Part shown: piece by piece, positions 1 through 9,602 of the stretch
Numbering within the stretch: the first letter of the stretch is position 1
Layout of the letters: each line of letters begins with the position of its first letter
Virus record (IMG/VR): IMGVR_UViG_3300007734_000734
Coordinates: 1 to 60,726 of that record
Length of the DNA: 60,726 bases
DNA from: a virus
Taxonomy: Duplodnaviria; Caudoviricetes
Strand: one strand, 5' to 3'
Made by a program: the position numbers and the translations under genes
The notes under the pieces: generated by a model
The model's input: the letters and a program-made list of their open reading frames with translations, nothing else
Databases searched by the model: none
Told to the model about the DNA's origin: nothing

Positions 1-127
1 TTAATAAAGATAGTCCACCTGCTTCTTGAGTAGTGTCAGCTATTTTTTCAGCACCTTTTAGTCTGGTACTAGCAAAATCTTCAAAGCTTTCTTTAGCTTC
101 AGTTAACAGTTGGAGTAGTTTTATCAT
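1..127 (-). CDS. partial hypothetical protein (5' end, runs off window) with MIKLLQLLTE leader
   Basis: ATG at 127, open to position 1: MIKLLQLLTEAKESFEDFASTRLKGAEKIADTTQEAGGLSLL. Confidence 0.7.
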   Translation of the reverse strand, partial: MIKLLQLLTEAKESFEDFASTRLKGAEKIADTTQEAGGLSLL

Positions 128-129
128 TA

Positions 130-411
130 TTATATTTTATCAAACAAAATATTAGCAGCTTTAACAGGTAATATATCTCTTTTATTAGCTCTTGATAATG
201 CTTGCCATAATTCATCTGGCTTGATATTATCGTTTAGTTTTTTAACTAAGTCAGTTAAATTATAGTTTGGTAATTTTTTACTAAAATCAGATCGACTAGT
301 TAATAAATTTATTACATCTTGAAAATATGCTTTTTCATCATCACTATATCTAAATAAACCAAAAACAACATTAGGATCTTTTGTAGCTTTCAAATTGAAA
401 TCGTAATTATT
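130..411 (-). pseudogene. in-frame continuation of the 412..1467 ORF beyond a TAA (possible nonsense-split C-terminal domain)
   Basis: No ATG (track uses TTG at 393); same frame as 412..1467: ...KLAGLIK*NNYDFNLKATKDPN... Confidence 0.4.
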
Positions 412-1467
412 TTATTTAATTAATCCAGCTAATTTTTTACGTCTTTTTACTTCATCTAGTCCAGCCAAACCAGTGTCATCTTTTTTAAGATCTTTTTCAA
501 TTGCTTTCATTTCACCCATAGCCCATTGTTTTTGAATAGTGGTTAACTTGTTGTTAATTAAATTTTCAATAAAATTAACAAATTCTTCTTCGTCTAATTT
601 GTACACTTCAGTGAAAAACAATTCTCTAACACGAGCATCATTGATGTTGCTTTCACCATATAAGTTGTTTAAAGCGTCGTATATGAATTTACCATACTGG
701 AAATCACGAGGTTCATTGGACAATTTGTCTACTGCTCCTATGACTGCTTTATTTTGTTCTTTGTCTTTTCCAAATCCTTGTGTGCCAACAATTTCATACA
801 ATCCTTTTACAATTTCATGAACTAACATTGGAAAACAAATAGCCCTAGCTTTAATAACAAATTGTTGAGCTTCTTCATCATATTCCATTTGACTTTCACC
901 ACCTGGCATATTTTGATTTTGTGCTATCATTGCCAATAACATAGCAATTGCCTCTTCACTGTCGTAAATGCCAAATGAAAGTTTTAAAATTTCACCATAC
1001 TTGTCTACTAAAGTGTCGTCTAAAAGATCTAAGTACTCTTTAAACAAGTAAAAAGCAAATGATCCTCTAATTGATGCACCTTGAGTAATACCATTGATAA
1101 TACGTCTTTTTGCCTTCATTAAGTCTGGATCTCCTTCTCCAAAATTGGGTGATGAAGGATCTTCTGTAGGTGGTGGAATTGAAATGCCCCCCATTGTAAC
1201 TATTTTAGCATCAATTCTGATGTTAGCATAGTCAATGATAGGATATGCTTGGGTAACCATGTCAACAGCTATTCCTTCTAATGTAGTAATGTGGTTTTTT
1301 TCTGCTTCAATAATTTCAGGTATTAATTCTGATGAACGCATTACTGTTTGCACCAATGATTTGTTGCCTAACATTTGTTTAAGAGACTCACCTGACTTGC
1401 CCTTTAGGCTAGCCATTGTTTCAGGTTTGAATATTTTTTCATATTCGATTTCTAGTAACTTTCCCAT
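412..1467 (-). CDS. conserved hypothetical phage protein with HExxK-like motif
   Basis: 351 aa ORF, TAATG-coupled to upstream gene; motif FPMLVHEIVKG. Confidence 0.85.
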   Translation of the reverse strand: MGKLLEIEYEKIFKPETMASLKGKSGESLKQMLGNKSLVQTVMRSSELIPEIIEAEKNHITTLEGIAVDMVTQAYPIIDYANIRIDAKIVTMGGISIPPPTEDPSSPNFGEGDPDLMKAKRRIINGITQGASIRGSFAFYLFKEYLDLLDDTLVDKYGEILKLSFGIYDSEEAIAMLLAMIAQNQNMPGGESQMEYDEEAQQFVIKARAICFPMLVHEIVKGLYEIVGTQGFGKDKEQNKAVIGAVDKLSNEPRDFQYGKFIYDALNNLYGESNINDARVRELFFTEVYKLDEEEFVNFIENLINNKLTTIQKQWAMGEMKAIEKDLKKDDTGLAGLDEVKRRKKLAGLIK

Positions 1468-1727
1468 TATTTTTTAAGTTTTAAAAAGCGTTGAGCTATT
1501 TTATTAGCTAATTCTTTTTCAGCTTCTGAAAGATTTTGATTTTTGATAGGTATTGGAGATGTTTTAGGTATTGTTGGATTACCTATTTGACGGCGTTTTC
1601 CTGGTTTAGTAGTTGGGGGTGCTTCTTTAGTACCGGGTTTAGTTTCAGCAGGTGCTACTTCAGTATTTTCTTTTAAAGCAGAAGCTAATTCTTCCTTGAT
1701 AATTTTTTTTAATTCGTCTAGTTTCAT
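1467..1727 (-). CDS. hypothetical protein, putative head-packaged (leader MKLDELKKIIKEEL), Pro/Thr-rich
   Basis: 86 aa ORF tightly packed with neighbours. Confidence 0.8.
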   Translation of the reverse strand: MKLDELKKIIKEELASALKENTEVAPAETKPGTKEAPPTTKPGKRRQIGNPTIPKTSPIPIKNQNLSEAEKELANKIAQRFLKLKK

Positions 1728-1728
1728 T

Positions 1729-4251
1729 TTATTTTATTTTTAGTTTTTGTAAAATTTTCTTTACTTCATTTGCTTCTTTAGGATAAGCAGCAGCGTGTGC
1801 TCTTAACACTGTTTTAACTCCTTCAGATATATTATTTGTTCGCATCACATTTGAAAGTGCACCTACTCTTGGCACAGTATATGCTCTAGTAGTTGTCACA
1901 ATAGCGTGATAAATTTGAAGTGGAAGATTTTGAGTAACAAAACCAATTATTGTTCTACTTGTAAGTCTAATTATGTAAAATTTACATGATCCATTTTGTA
2001 TTAATATTTGAACTGTGCCTATTGCATCTACTGCCGCGTTACGTCTATTGTAAGGAACAATCTCTCCACCTCTTATTCTACCTTTTATGTTTGTTGGTAA
2101 CATATTAAATCCTGCTGCTAATCCATTACCATCAATCACATTGTCTACTCCTGCATTAGCTCCTGCTGCTGGTACGGCTTGAGCTGGAGTAGCTTGTGTT
2201 CTAGGAACTCTAGGAGTTGTTGGTGCAGGTGCAGCTCCACCTAATATTTGTCTTGCTACAGCTGGAGAGATATTTGCTTTAATAATATTATGTCTGCCTA
2301 TTTTTTTACTAGCAGCTGGATTTTGTTTGTTAAGAAGTATATATTGATCTGCTATCACTACTGGTAAGTATGTACTATTTGCAACCATAGGAGGATTTGC
2401 TTCTATAAATTTTTGGGCGAAACTAGTTCTATTTGCAAATCTTTCTAATTCTATGTCATTAAATCCTATGTTTTTACTTCTTAAATAGTCAAAGTAAACT
2501 TTCCAATTTTCTGGGTTAAATGTATTTTCTATTCCTTCATATGATGACCAATCATCAGTTCTACTTCCATAATTAAATGTATAATCAGGAAACTCTCCTA
2601 CAGTTAATGCATTCATAGTAAATATTGGAGTAGTAGATTCAGGATTAACTAATATTACTTGATTTTCTCTTGTTCTTTTATTGTATGGGGTATGTTTTAA
2701 TATGTTAAGGAAAGAATCTTTATCTATTGAAGATGGAATATTTGCTTTATTAAATACTACATTAACTACTGATTCTTGAAAACCTGTATTTTCATCTTCA
2801 TTACTTAATATATTTTGTACTTCTTCATTGTCAAATGGTATAGAACTTATTTTATCATCTTTAATTTTATAAGAAGTAAATGAGTTGGAATCCAATAATA
2901 TTTTACCATCTTCTACATTTTTAACTACTATAGCTGAATTTGGATCTTCTTCGGCTTTTACTATTATTTTTTCAATAAAACTCTTATCAATTACTTCATT
3001 ATTTGTTAGTTTAATAAGAATATTGAATGGAATTTTATCTATTTCTGGATAGTCAAGTAAGTACTTTGAAGTACGAGCGTTTAACTTAATGTTTGGATAA
3101 TCATCTTCTGCTGTAAATACTCCTATTTGAACGTCATTTGATGTAAATGTTAATTTAACTATAGCTTCACCATTTTTGGTGATGTATATTCTTTCATCTG
3201 ATTTTAGGTCCCATTTTTTTAAAGTTACTAATAATTTTTTAACGTCAAACATCAAATTATTTTTAGTTAATTCATCTATATTAACATTTTCATGTAAATT
3301 AGCTATTATAGATTTTCTATCGTTAACATTAAATTTATCTAAATGTTTAAGTAAAAGTATATAAGGGAATAGATTAGGAGTTGTAGCTATAAATGTAGCT
3401 AATTGTGGATATTTAGGCAAGTAATTTACTGTAAATTCATCACTAGATATGTCATTAAGTAAATTTCTGTCTTTTCTTACTACTAAATATTGTTTTTTAG
3501 TTGTGAAAGGTAAAGACTCCCATTGACGAATAGATATAGCTGTTTTACTAAATATATTAGTTGCTTTTTCTGTTGTTGATAGAGGAACATACTTAAGCAT
3601 GCTCTTAACATTTGGAATATTATCTAACCACGGAATGTCTGATTTTAATTGGCTCCAACTCATTTTTGAAGATTCATTTGGTCGATTGTCTTTAGGAGTC
3701 CAAATGTATTTTGCATTTTCATCAGTTGTGTCTAAAATCTGAATTGCAACAAATGCTAATTTATTATCATTACGATATCTATCTGTGTCATTTTTTATTA
3801 AGTAAAATGAAGGAAATTTTTTATCTTGTGAGTATCTATAATTTCCAAATGCGTTTCTAGCAATACACCACGGAACGTCATTTCTATGTCTTTGACATAA
3901 TTCTTCACTTCCTCCACTGTAAACAGTAATACCGTTTGCACTATATAGTACATCTGGTCCTGCTTCTTCTTCTACTTCTGCCCCATCTGATGATGTTATT
4001 AGTTTAATAAGTTTTGATAAAGACCAATTACGTAAATTTTTATCTGCTATTTTAGGAGAATTTTTTAACTGGTCAAAACGTTCAATGTATTTTTTAAGTT
4101 CAATGTCTGTGATTTCAATGTTTAAATCATCTGCTTCTACTTTAAACTTGTCCATTAAAGTTTTAATTTCACCTTCAGAGTATTCGTAAAGAGGAAACAA
4201 GTTGTTTACAACATGTGTTATAAATTTATGTATGTTTTTTTCTACTATCAT
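1729..4251 (-). CDS. large hypothetical phage protein (WCI motif)
   Basis: 840 aa ORF; VPWCIAR...YRY motif; Pro/Ala linker near C-terminus. Confidence 0.85.
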   Translation of the reverse strand: MIVEKNIHKFITHVVNNLFPLYEYSEGEIKTLMDKFKVEADDLNIEITDIELKKYIERFDQLKNSPKIADKNLRNWSLSKLIKLITSSDGAEVEEEAGPDVLYSANGITVYSGGSEELCQRHRNDVPWCIARNAFGNYRYSQDKKFPSFYLIKNDTDRYRNDNKLAFVAIQILDTTDENAKYIWTPKDNRPNESSKMSWSQLKSDIPWLDNIPNVKSMLKYVPLSTTEKATNIFSKTAISIRQWESLPFTTKKQYLVVRKDRNLLNDISSDEFTVNYLPKYPQLATFIATTPNLFPYILLLKHLDKFNVNDRKSIIANLHENVNIDELTKNNLMFDVKKLLVTLKKWDLKSDERIYITKNGEAIVKLTFTSNDVQIGVFTAEDDYPNIKLNARTSKYLLDYPEIDKIPFNILIKLTNNEVIDKSFIEKIIVKAEEDPNSAIVVKNVEDGKILLDSNSFTSYKIKDDKISSIPFDNEEVQNILSNEDENTGFQESVVNVVFNKANIPSSIDKDSFLNILKHTPYNKRTRENQVILVNPESTTPIFTMNALTVGEFPDYTFNYGSRTDDWSSYEGIENTFNPENWKVYFDYLRSKNIGFNDIELERFANRTSFAQKFIEANPPMVANSTYLPVVIADQYILLNKQNPAASKKIGRHNIIKANISPAVARQILGGAAPAPTTPRVPRTQATPAQAVPAAGANAGVDNVIDGNGLAAGFNMLPTNIKGRIRGGEIVPYNRRNAAVDAIGTVQILIQNGSCKFYIIRLTSRTIIGFVTQNLPLQIYHAIVTTTRAYTVPRVGALSNVMRTNNISEGVKTVLRAHAAAYPKEANEVKKILQKLKIK

Positions 4252-4256
4252 TACTT

Positions 4257-4862
4257 TTAATTATGCTTGTGTCCAGATAATACGCCACCTATTGCTGTAG
4301 TATAGTTTACTAATTCATTTATATTTTCTTCAGTAAGCTTTACTTTCTTTTTTGTGTAATCTAATCCTAAAATACCAATAAATTTATTGTCAATTGTTTT
4401 TATAGCAAATAAATATCCTGACTTGCAACCTGTGTCTTCTGCTATGTATTTTAGTCCAAAAGTTGCTATTGTTTCATCTTTATAATCTGCTATTTGTATG
4501 TTATTGCTTTCTAGTAATTCATTAATGCTCTTGCTAAACAAATTTACTTGTATGTTTTGAAACATATTTTGAATAGAACCAACACCTATGTTTACTGTTT
4601 CGTATATCACACTAAACTTTGCCATAGATTTTCCTGTTGGATAAAAGTTGCCTCCATTATGGAATTGTGTTATCCAAATTCTATCCGCTTTAAATTCTTC
4701 TTTAATTGCGTCTAATTTCACCATTATTTTAGTGCTTGTTTCTAAAGCTTCAGCTACTATGTCTGGTTTATTTTGTTTATTGTCAACATAGTTTTTAATA
4801 AATAATGTTAATATTGGTCCTAAAATGCCGGCTATGATAGATGCTACTATTACTGAATTCAT
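4257..4862 (-). CDS. membrane protein, N-terminal TM helix plus GAF-like domain (possibly holin-like)
   Basis: Hydrophobic N-terminus; ADRIWITQFHNGG and IGILGLDY segments resemble a GAF fold; holin role inferred by analogy to T4 T. Confidence 0.5.
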   Translation of the reverse strand: MNSVIVASIIAGILGPILTLFIKNYVDNKQNKPDIVAEALETSTKIMVKLDAIKEEFKADRIWITQFHNGGNFYPTGKSMAKFSVIYETVNIGVGSIQNMFQNIQVNLFSKSINELLESNNIQIADYKDETIATFGLKYIAEDTGCKSGYLFAIKTIDNKFIGILGLDYTKKKVKLTEENINELVNYTTAIGGVLSGHKHN

Positions 4863-4898
4863 ATAATTTTAATGTGTTATAAAGATTTGGGTTAATTT

Positions 4899-5636
4899 TT
4901 ACACTCCTATGTTTATCATTTGTGGGTTATCTACTCTAAATTTAACTACTCCTCTGATGTTGTTTAAATTTACTATAATTTGTTTTATTGTTTCTATGTT
5001 AAATTTTCCTTTTTTTAAATATGGATAAGGATCAATTTTTACTGTTAATTTATTGTATGAATAATTTGCTTTAGGTGCATGTGGAGTATATTCATGAGCG
5101 TCTACTGTTGTAATTCCTGTTAAAGCTCTAATGTCAGATATTATCTCTTTTTGAAATAAAAGATCATTGTTGGTTACTAACAATCCTTCAACTTTGTAAA
5201 GTTTTTCAGCAGAATTTTCATTTAATGTTTTTTTAATTTTGCCCTTATTTAAGGTAAATGTATGTTTTTGTTCTGTTAAGTCCAAGGGTACTTTTTTACC
5301 TTTGTACATTCCATATTCGCCTAAATTGGTTTCAACTAGTATTTTTTTATCTGCCTCATTAACATGAATTGCTTCACGTGAGTATAAATAACGTGCTTCA
5401 GCCCATAAATTTAAAAAGGCTTCTGTTCCATATGGAAGGTGGCTTTCAATAAGCGATAATTTATTGGTAATGTGGTGTTTCATATTATCCGACATTACTA
5501 TGTGGGCATTTAAATTCTCGTTGATTATTGGTCCTTTATTGCCAACATTTTCACAAGTATGACATCCGCAGTTACACGAGTCTTTTTTAGGTGGTGTTGA
5601 TAGTACTTCTTTTATGAGTTGTTTAATGCGATTCAT
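4899..5636 (-). CDS. hypothetical protein with leader MNRIKQLIKEVL and CxCGCxxC motif
   Basis: 245 aa ORF directly after ATATTTAT motif at 5641-5648. Confidence 0.8.
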   Translation of the reverse strand: MNRIKQLIKEVLSTPPKKDSCNCGCHTCENVGNKGPIINENLNAHIVMSDNMKHHITNKLSLIESHLPYGTEAFLNLWAEARYLYSREAIHVNEADKKILVETNLGEYGMYKGKKVPLDLTEQKHTFTLNKGKIKKTLNENSAEKLYKVEGLLVTNNDLLFQKEIISDIRALTGITTVDAHEYTPHAPKANYSYNKLTVKIDPYPYLKKGKFNIETIKQIIVNLNNIRGVVKFRVDNPQMINIGV

Positions 5637-5640
5637 GGTT

Positions 5641-5648
5641 ATAAATAT
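5641..5648 (-). promoter_or_regulatory. putative late promoter motif ATATTTAT (representative copy)
   Basis: Same motif shortly upstream of minus-strand ATGs at 8299, 13099, 15802, 19115, 29256, 32736, 36714, 50912, 53399. Confidence 0.65.
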
Positions 5649-6772
5649 TATTGTGCCTCTGTTTCTTCATCAGAAGGATGTGGTGCGTCTTTTTTAATAA
5701 GAATTATTTGATTTTGAGCTACTCTATATGGGTAAAATTCTTTTTCTGATTTTTTATCATCATAGAAATCAAATTTATTATTATCATATATAATTAAACC
5801 GTTAACTGTTTTTAGATAATCTAACCATACTGTATTAAGGTTATCATCTAATTCTTTAGGATTTTTAACCCAAGGATGTTTTAGTAATTTTGTAATTAAT
5901 GATTTTTGTTCTTCTACTGCTAAACCTAATTTAACTGATTCAGGTTTACCATCAGTATTTAAAACAATATCCTCTATTTCGTATTTTTTATCTCCAATTT
6001 TAATGTATGGTTTTTCTTCAATATCTCCTTCAGTTTTAGTATATAATTTTATTTCAGGAAGTAATAAGCGAATTTTATTTAAAATACCTTCACTTATATT
6101 ACCAGATTTATACTTATTATCATAGTAAATAATCAAATCACTAACTAAATCTTGTATGTTTTCTTTTTTAGTTTTTGTCGTTTTTTTCTCATCTATTTGT
6201 TCTGCTTTATTATTATCCTTATTTATCACTGAGAGGAGAGACATTAGATATACATAATATTTTTGAAATGTTGAATTTGTTATGTATCCACTAGATGCAG
6301 GTCTAAATTCATTACCTGACAATTCTTTAACATCATATGTTTTTTCTTTTATTTTGATATCTTTTTCATTTTTACCTCCAGATACACTATCCTTTACACT
6401 TAATAAAACAAAAACTTCACCTCGTCCTAATCCTGTTCCTTTAATACTTATGTAATCTTTATATATATCTAATATAGAATCTAAATCATTAATTGAGTGT
6501 TTTTGGAAATTATCTAAAAAATCTTTTTGATTGTTTGGATGATTATTGTAAATTGTTTCAATTTCATCTATAATGTCCTTTTTTAATTTAACATCATTTA
6601 GTAAAATAACCTTACATTGTTCAAATGTTAGATCTTTATCTTCTTCCTCATTTATGTCTAATTCACTCAATATTCCTTCCATTATTAAAACATCCTGTTC
6701 ATTATTCATGTCAGGATATCCTTTTGGAAATTTATATGAGTATTTATTTAAAAATATGTCTAATATGTCCAT
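5648..6772 (-). CDS. putative PD-(D/E)XK restriction-endonuclease-fold protein
   Basis: GRGEVF...KDIKIKEKTYDVKE fits E...D-xn-(D/E)xK pattern. Confidence 0.5.
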   Translation of the reverse strand: MDILDIFLNKYSYKFPKGYPDMNNEQDVLIMEGILSELDINEEEDKDLTFEQCKVILLNDVKLKKDIIDEIETIYNNHPNNQKDFLDNFQKHSINDLDSILDIYKDYISIKGTGLGRGEVFVLLSVKDSVSGGKNEKDIKIKEKTYDVKELSGNEFRPASSGYITNSTFQKYYVYLMSLLSVINKDNNKAEQIDEKKTTKTKKENIQDLVSDLIIYYDNKYKSGNISEGILNKIRLLLPEIKLYTKTEGDIEEKPYIKIGDKKYEIEDIVLNTDGKPESVKLGLAVEEQKSLITKLLKHPWVKNPKELDDNLNTVWLDYLKTVNGLIIYDNNKFDFYDDKKSEKEFYPYRVAQNQIILIKKDAPHPSDEETEAQ

Positions 6773-6897
6773 TATTTTATTTCCATTTTTGTTAGGGCAG
6801 CTTTTATTTTAGATAGAATTTTTTCACCTTTTTGTTGTCTACTAATACCTTGTATTAGTTTTTTTAAATCACCATATGTTTTTAGTTCGTTCGCCAT
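6772..6897 (-). CDS. small hypothetical protein (41 aa)
   Basis: MANELKTYGDLKKLIQGISRQQKGEK...; fills gap, TAATG coupling at 6772. Confidence 0.5.
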   Translation of the reverse strand: MANELKTYGDLKKLIQGISRQQKGEKILSKIKAALTKMEIK

Positions 6898-6903
6898 ATT
6901 CTA

Positions 6904-7422
6904 TTATGCTTGAGGTGGAACGGTTTCTTCTGTTGGAGGTGTTTCTGCTGTTGGTTCTTCAGGAGCAGGTTCTTCAGGTGCGGTTTCAGGTACAGGTGCT
7001 TCTGTTGGAACATCTGCTACCACTTTAGCTCCATAAGCTAAAATTCGAGCTATTGCTTCAATGCAATTTTGCTCTTCACTTAAGTTAAGTAAGTAGTATT
7101 TTTTGCCTTCTACTTTACCAATCCATGTTCTATCAGTGAAAATCAAGTAAAATACTTGATCGTTTGCTAATATAATACGAAATGTAGTAGGACGTGGAGC
7201 TACCCACTCAATGTCTTTAATAAATAAATCATACTGTTCTGTTAACAACTTAATGATAACTTCGTTTAATGTAGGAAATTTTACTAACACAGGAAATCTA
7301 GCGTTGTCTAAAGATACAACAGATAAATTGTCTAGATCTATTGTTTTAAGTGGATTTTTAGTCTTAGCATACACTTGTTTAACTAATGCTTTAATTTTAT
7401 CTTTGAACTCGTCTTTAGTCAT
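6904..7422 (-). CDS. conserved hypothetical phage protein with acidic Pro-rich tail
   Basis: 172 aa; WVAPRPTTFRI motif. Confidence 0.8.
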   Translation of the reverse strand: MTKDEFKDKIKALVKQVYAKTKNPLKTIDLDNLSVVSLDNARFPVLVKFPTLNEVIIKLLTEQYDLFIKDIEWVAPRPTTFRIILANDQVFYLIFTDRTWIGKVEGKKYYLLNLSEEQNCIEAIARILAYGAKVVADVPTEAPVPETAPEEPAPEEPTAETPPTEETVPPQA

Positions 7423-7424
7423 TA

Positions 7425-7673
7425 TTAGACTTTTAATTTTGTCATTACCTTTTTAACTAATTCATTAACTTGATTTTCTTTGTCTTTTTTATTTAATTCC
7501 ATGACGCGAGTTAGTAATGGAATGTCCATTCTAACCGCGTTCATAGGATTTTTTTCATTAATTGATTTACGATTTTGAACATATTCTATTGAATTAATTT
7601 CCTCAACTGGTCCTTTAATTAGACTAGTTTTAATCATTTCTTTAATTCGTAATTTTTGTTCTTCGTTTATCAT
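7425..7673 (-). CDS. hypothetical protein
   Basis: 82 aa, packed in operon. Confidence 0.65.
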   Translation of the reverse strand: MINEEQKLRIKEMIKTSLIKGPVEEINSIEYVQNRKSINEKNPMNAVRMDIPLLTRVMELNKKDKENQVNELVKKVMTKLKV

Positions 7674-7676
7674 GTT

Positions 7677-7847
7677 TTACTTTGCTTTTGCTTCAGCAAC
7701 TGATGCTTTATTGTAGGCAGCGATAGTTTTTTTCATTTCTGATAATGCCTTGCGAGCTCTACCTTTTGCTGCTTTACTTGTTTCTTCATGGTTTAGTTTT
7801 GCTGTTTCATACAACCCACTAATTTGTTCAAATAGTTCTTTTGTCAT
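7677..7847 (-). CDS. histone H1-like (Hc1-type) small basic protein
   Basis: 56 aa, not in ORF track: MTKELFEQISGLYETAKLNHEETSKAAKGRARKALSEMKKTIAAYNKASVAEAKAK; KAAxxRARK core resembles Bacteroidetes Hc1-like proteins. Confidence 0.7.
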   Translation of the reverse strand: MTKELFEQISGLYETAKLNHEETSKAAKGRARKALSEMKKTIAAYNKASVAEAKAK

Positions 7848-7885
7848 TTTGTTTTGGTTTTTGGTTATTATTTATTGTTAATTGT

Positions 7886-8281
7886 TTATTGTTGTGTATT
7901 ACCTAATACTTGATCTCTCACAAGCATTGTAATTGTGTTTCCAATTTGAGTTACTAATTTAGCGTCACCTAATTCTTTAGCACTTGCAAATGCTTTTTGC
8001 AATGAATCTTGAATTGATTTTACTGTTGGATTAATGTCAGCTGCGCTGCTAACTTCTGGTGCCATAGTGTCAGTGGGTACATCTGCTGGTATTTCAGCAT
8101 TAATGTCTACGTCTTCTTGAGGAGCTACATCTTCTTTTTTCTTTTTAGCCTCATTCATTTCATTCAAAACCATTTCACGGATTTGATTTTTAAATGTTTT
8201 TCTAGTCATTTTTTCAGTAGATTCATTTAGAAGCTTTTTACCAAAAGCTAATTTTTGCATATTTTCGAATTGTTTGCTCAT
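7886..8281 (-). CDS. hypothetical late protein (MQKLA / LLNE leader motifs)
   Basis: 131 aa; ATATTTAT upstream at 8299-8306. Confidence 0.8.
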   Translation of the reverse strand: MSKQFENMQKLAFGKKLLNESTEKMTRKTFKNQIREMVLNEMNEAKKKKEDVAPQEDVDINAEIPADVPTDTMAPEVSSAADINPTVKSIQDSLQKAFASAKELGDAKLVTQIGNTITMLVRDQVLGNTQQ

Positions 8282-8312
8282 TATATTATGTTTTTATTAT
8301 AAATATTGGGAA

Positions 8313-8900
8313 CTATGTTAAGTTTGATGTTTTTTTTAAATTTTGTAAATATTTTATTGTCTCTTCTTTATTTTCTAATAACTTTTTTTTAGAAGATCCA
8401 ACCCAGTTTTCGATGTCTCCAGCTTCTGTGACGAATGAATCGTTTGTGTCGTTGTTTATGATTTCGTCCATCCATTCAGTATAGTCTTTAATGGTATGTT
8501 CTATGTCTGAATTAATGATGTTTTTTTCATATTCTTCCCACAAACCTAATTTACGAATGTTAGATTCAAAATCTATTTGACAATTAAAACATCTGTTGTA
8601 TTGAATGTAGAATTGTTTATCGTATCTATTTTTCATTAAATTAGTACAACACGGGCAAAATAATGGTAAAATTATTGATTTTTTTGCTTTATCTAACTTA
8701 GTAATATTTTGTTTAATGCCGTTTTTAATAGTCCATTGTCTTCCATCTACTTCCCATATGTCACCTTCATTATGAAATTCTTGTTTTTTTTCATAACCAA
8801 TTCCTGTGATTGTTTTTTCTCCATGTTTACCCTGCACTAAATTACGAAGACGTTGAATATCTTTTTGTTCAAATGGTTTTTTTAAAGTGTGTTCTGACAT
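8313..8900 (-). CDS. conserved phage protein with CxxC...CxxC zinc site
   Basis: CPCC...CFNC. Confidence 0.8.
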   Translation of the reverse strand: MSEHTLKKPFEQKDIQRLRNLVQGKHGEKTITGIGYEKKQEFHNEGDIWEVDGRQWTIKNGIKQNITKLDKAKKSIILPLFCPCCTNLMKNRYDKQFYIQYNRCFNCQIDFESNIRKLGLWEEYEKNIINSDIEHTIKDYTEWMDEIINNDTNDSFVTEAGDIENWVGSSKKKLLENKEETIKYLQNLKKTSNLT

Positions 8901-8903
8901 AAC

Positions 8904-9590
8904 TTATTTTTTGTTTATTAATTTTTTTAATTGTTCTTTGATTATACTTTTTAGTAAATTTTCATTTTTTTTCTCATTTTCATCTTCTTCACCTAATTTA
9001 TATTCAATATTATTACCTAATGCCGCTTTAATTATTTTAGTGGTAATATTTTTTGGTAAATTTTTATTATTTGGAAATATTAATTTATTACCATCTTGTT
9101 CCCATTTTAAACCTGTTTTTACTTGATTGTCTTTTTTATCTAATTCCATGTATTTATCAATAATTTTATTGTTACTAGCTGTTTGAAGTGGTAGTTCTAA
9201 TAAAAATCCATCACCTTTTCCTATTTTATCAGTTTTTTTATTAAGTATTCTATCGAATTTTACAACTTCTCCCTTATTGTTTAAAAAATCTTCAATGTAT
9301 TGATAAAATAATTTACCATATGTTTCTATTTGTTGTTTTTTTAATTCTTGGTTAATTTTTATTTTAGGCATAATATTTTTATCTCCATATACATTTAATT
9401 TAATGTCTTTAATGTCTTTAGAATACACCATATGTATTCCTTTAAAATTTTCTTTATTTGGATTTTCTAAAGCACTAATAACTTTATTTATATCATCAGA
9501 TGTTACTATAATATTTTTTGGTAAGTCTATATTTTTACCATGAGATGATACTTCATCTTCATTTTCTACTAATTTATATTTATATTTCAT
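8904..9590 (-). CDS. hypothetical protein
   Basis: 228 aa ORF. Confidence 0.75.
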   Translation of the reverse strand: MKYKYKLVENEDEVSSHGKNIDLPKNIIVTSDDINKVISALENPNKENFKGIHMVYSKDIKDIKLNVYGDKNIMPKIKINQELKKQQIETYGKLFYQYIEDFLNNKGEVVKFDRILNKKTDKIGKGDGFLLELPLQTASNNKIIDKYMELDKKDNQVKTGLKWEQDGNKLIFPNNKNLPKNITTKIIKAALGNNIEYKLGEEDENEKKNENLLKSIIKEQLKKLINKK

Positions 9591-9602
9591 AATTTTAAAT
9601 GT

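Noticed and set aside
5640-5647. T4 gp55-type late promoter TATAAATA
   Set aside because: The match is on the plus strand, opposite to the adjacent genes; the coding-strand motif is ATATTTAT
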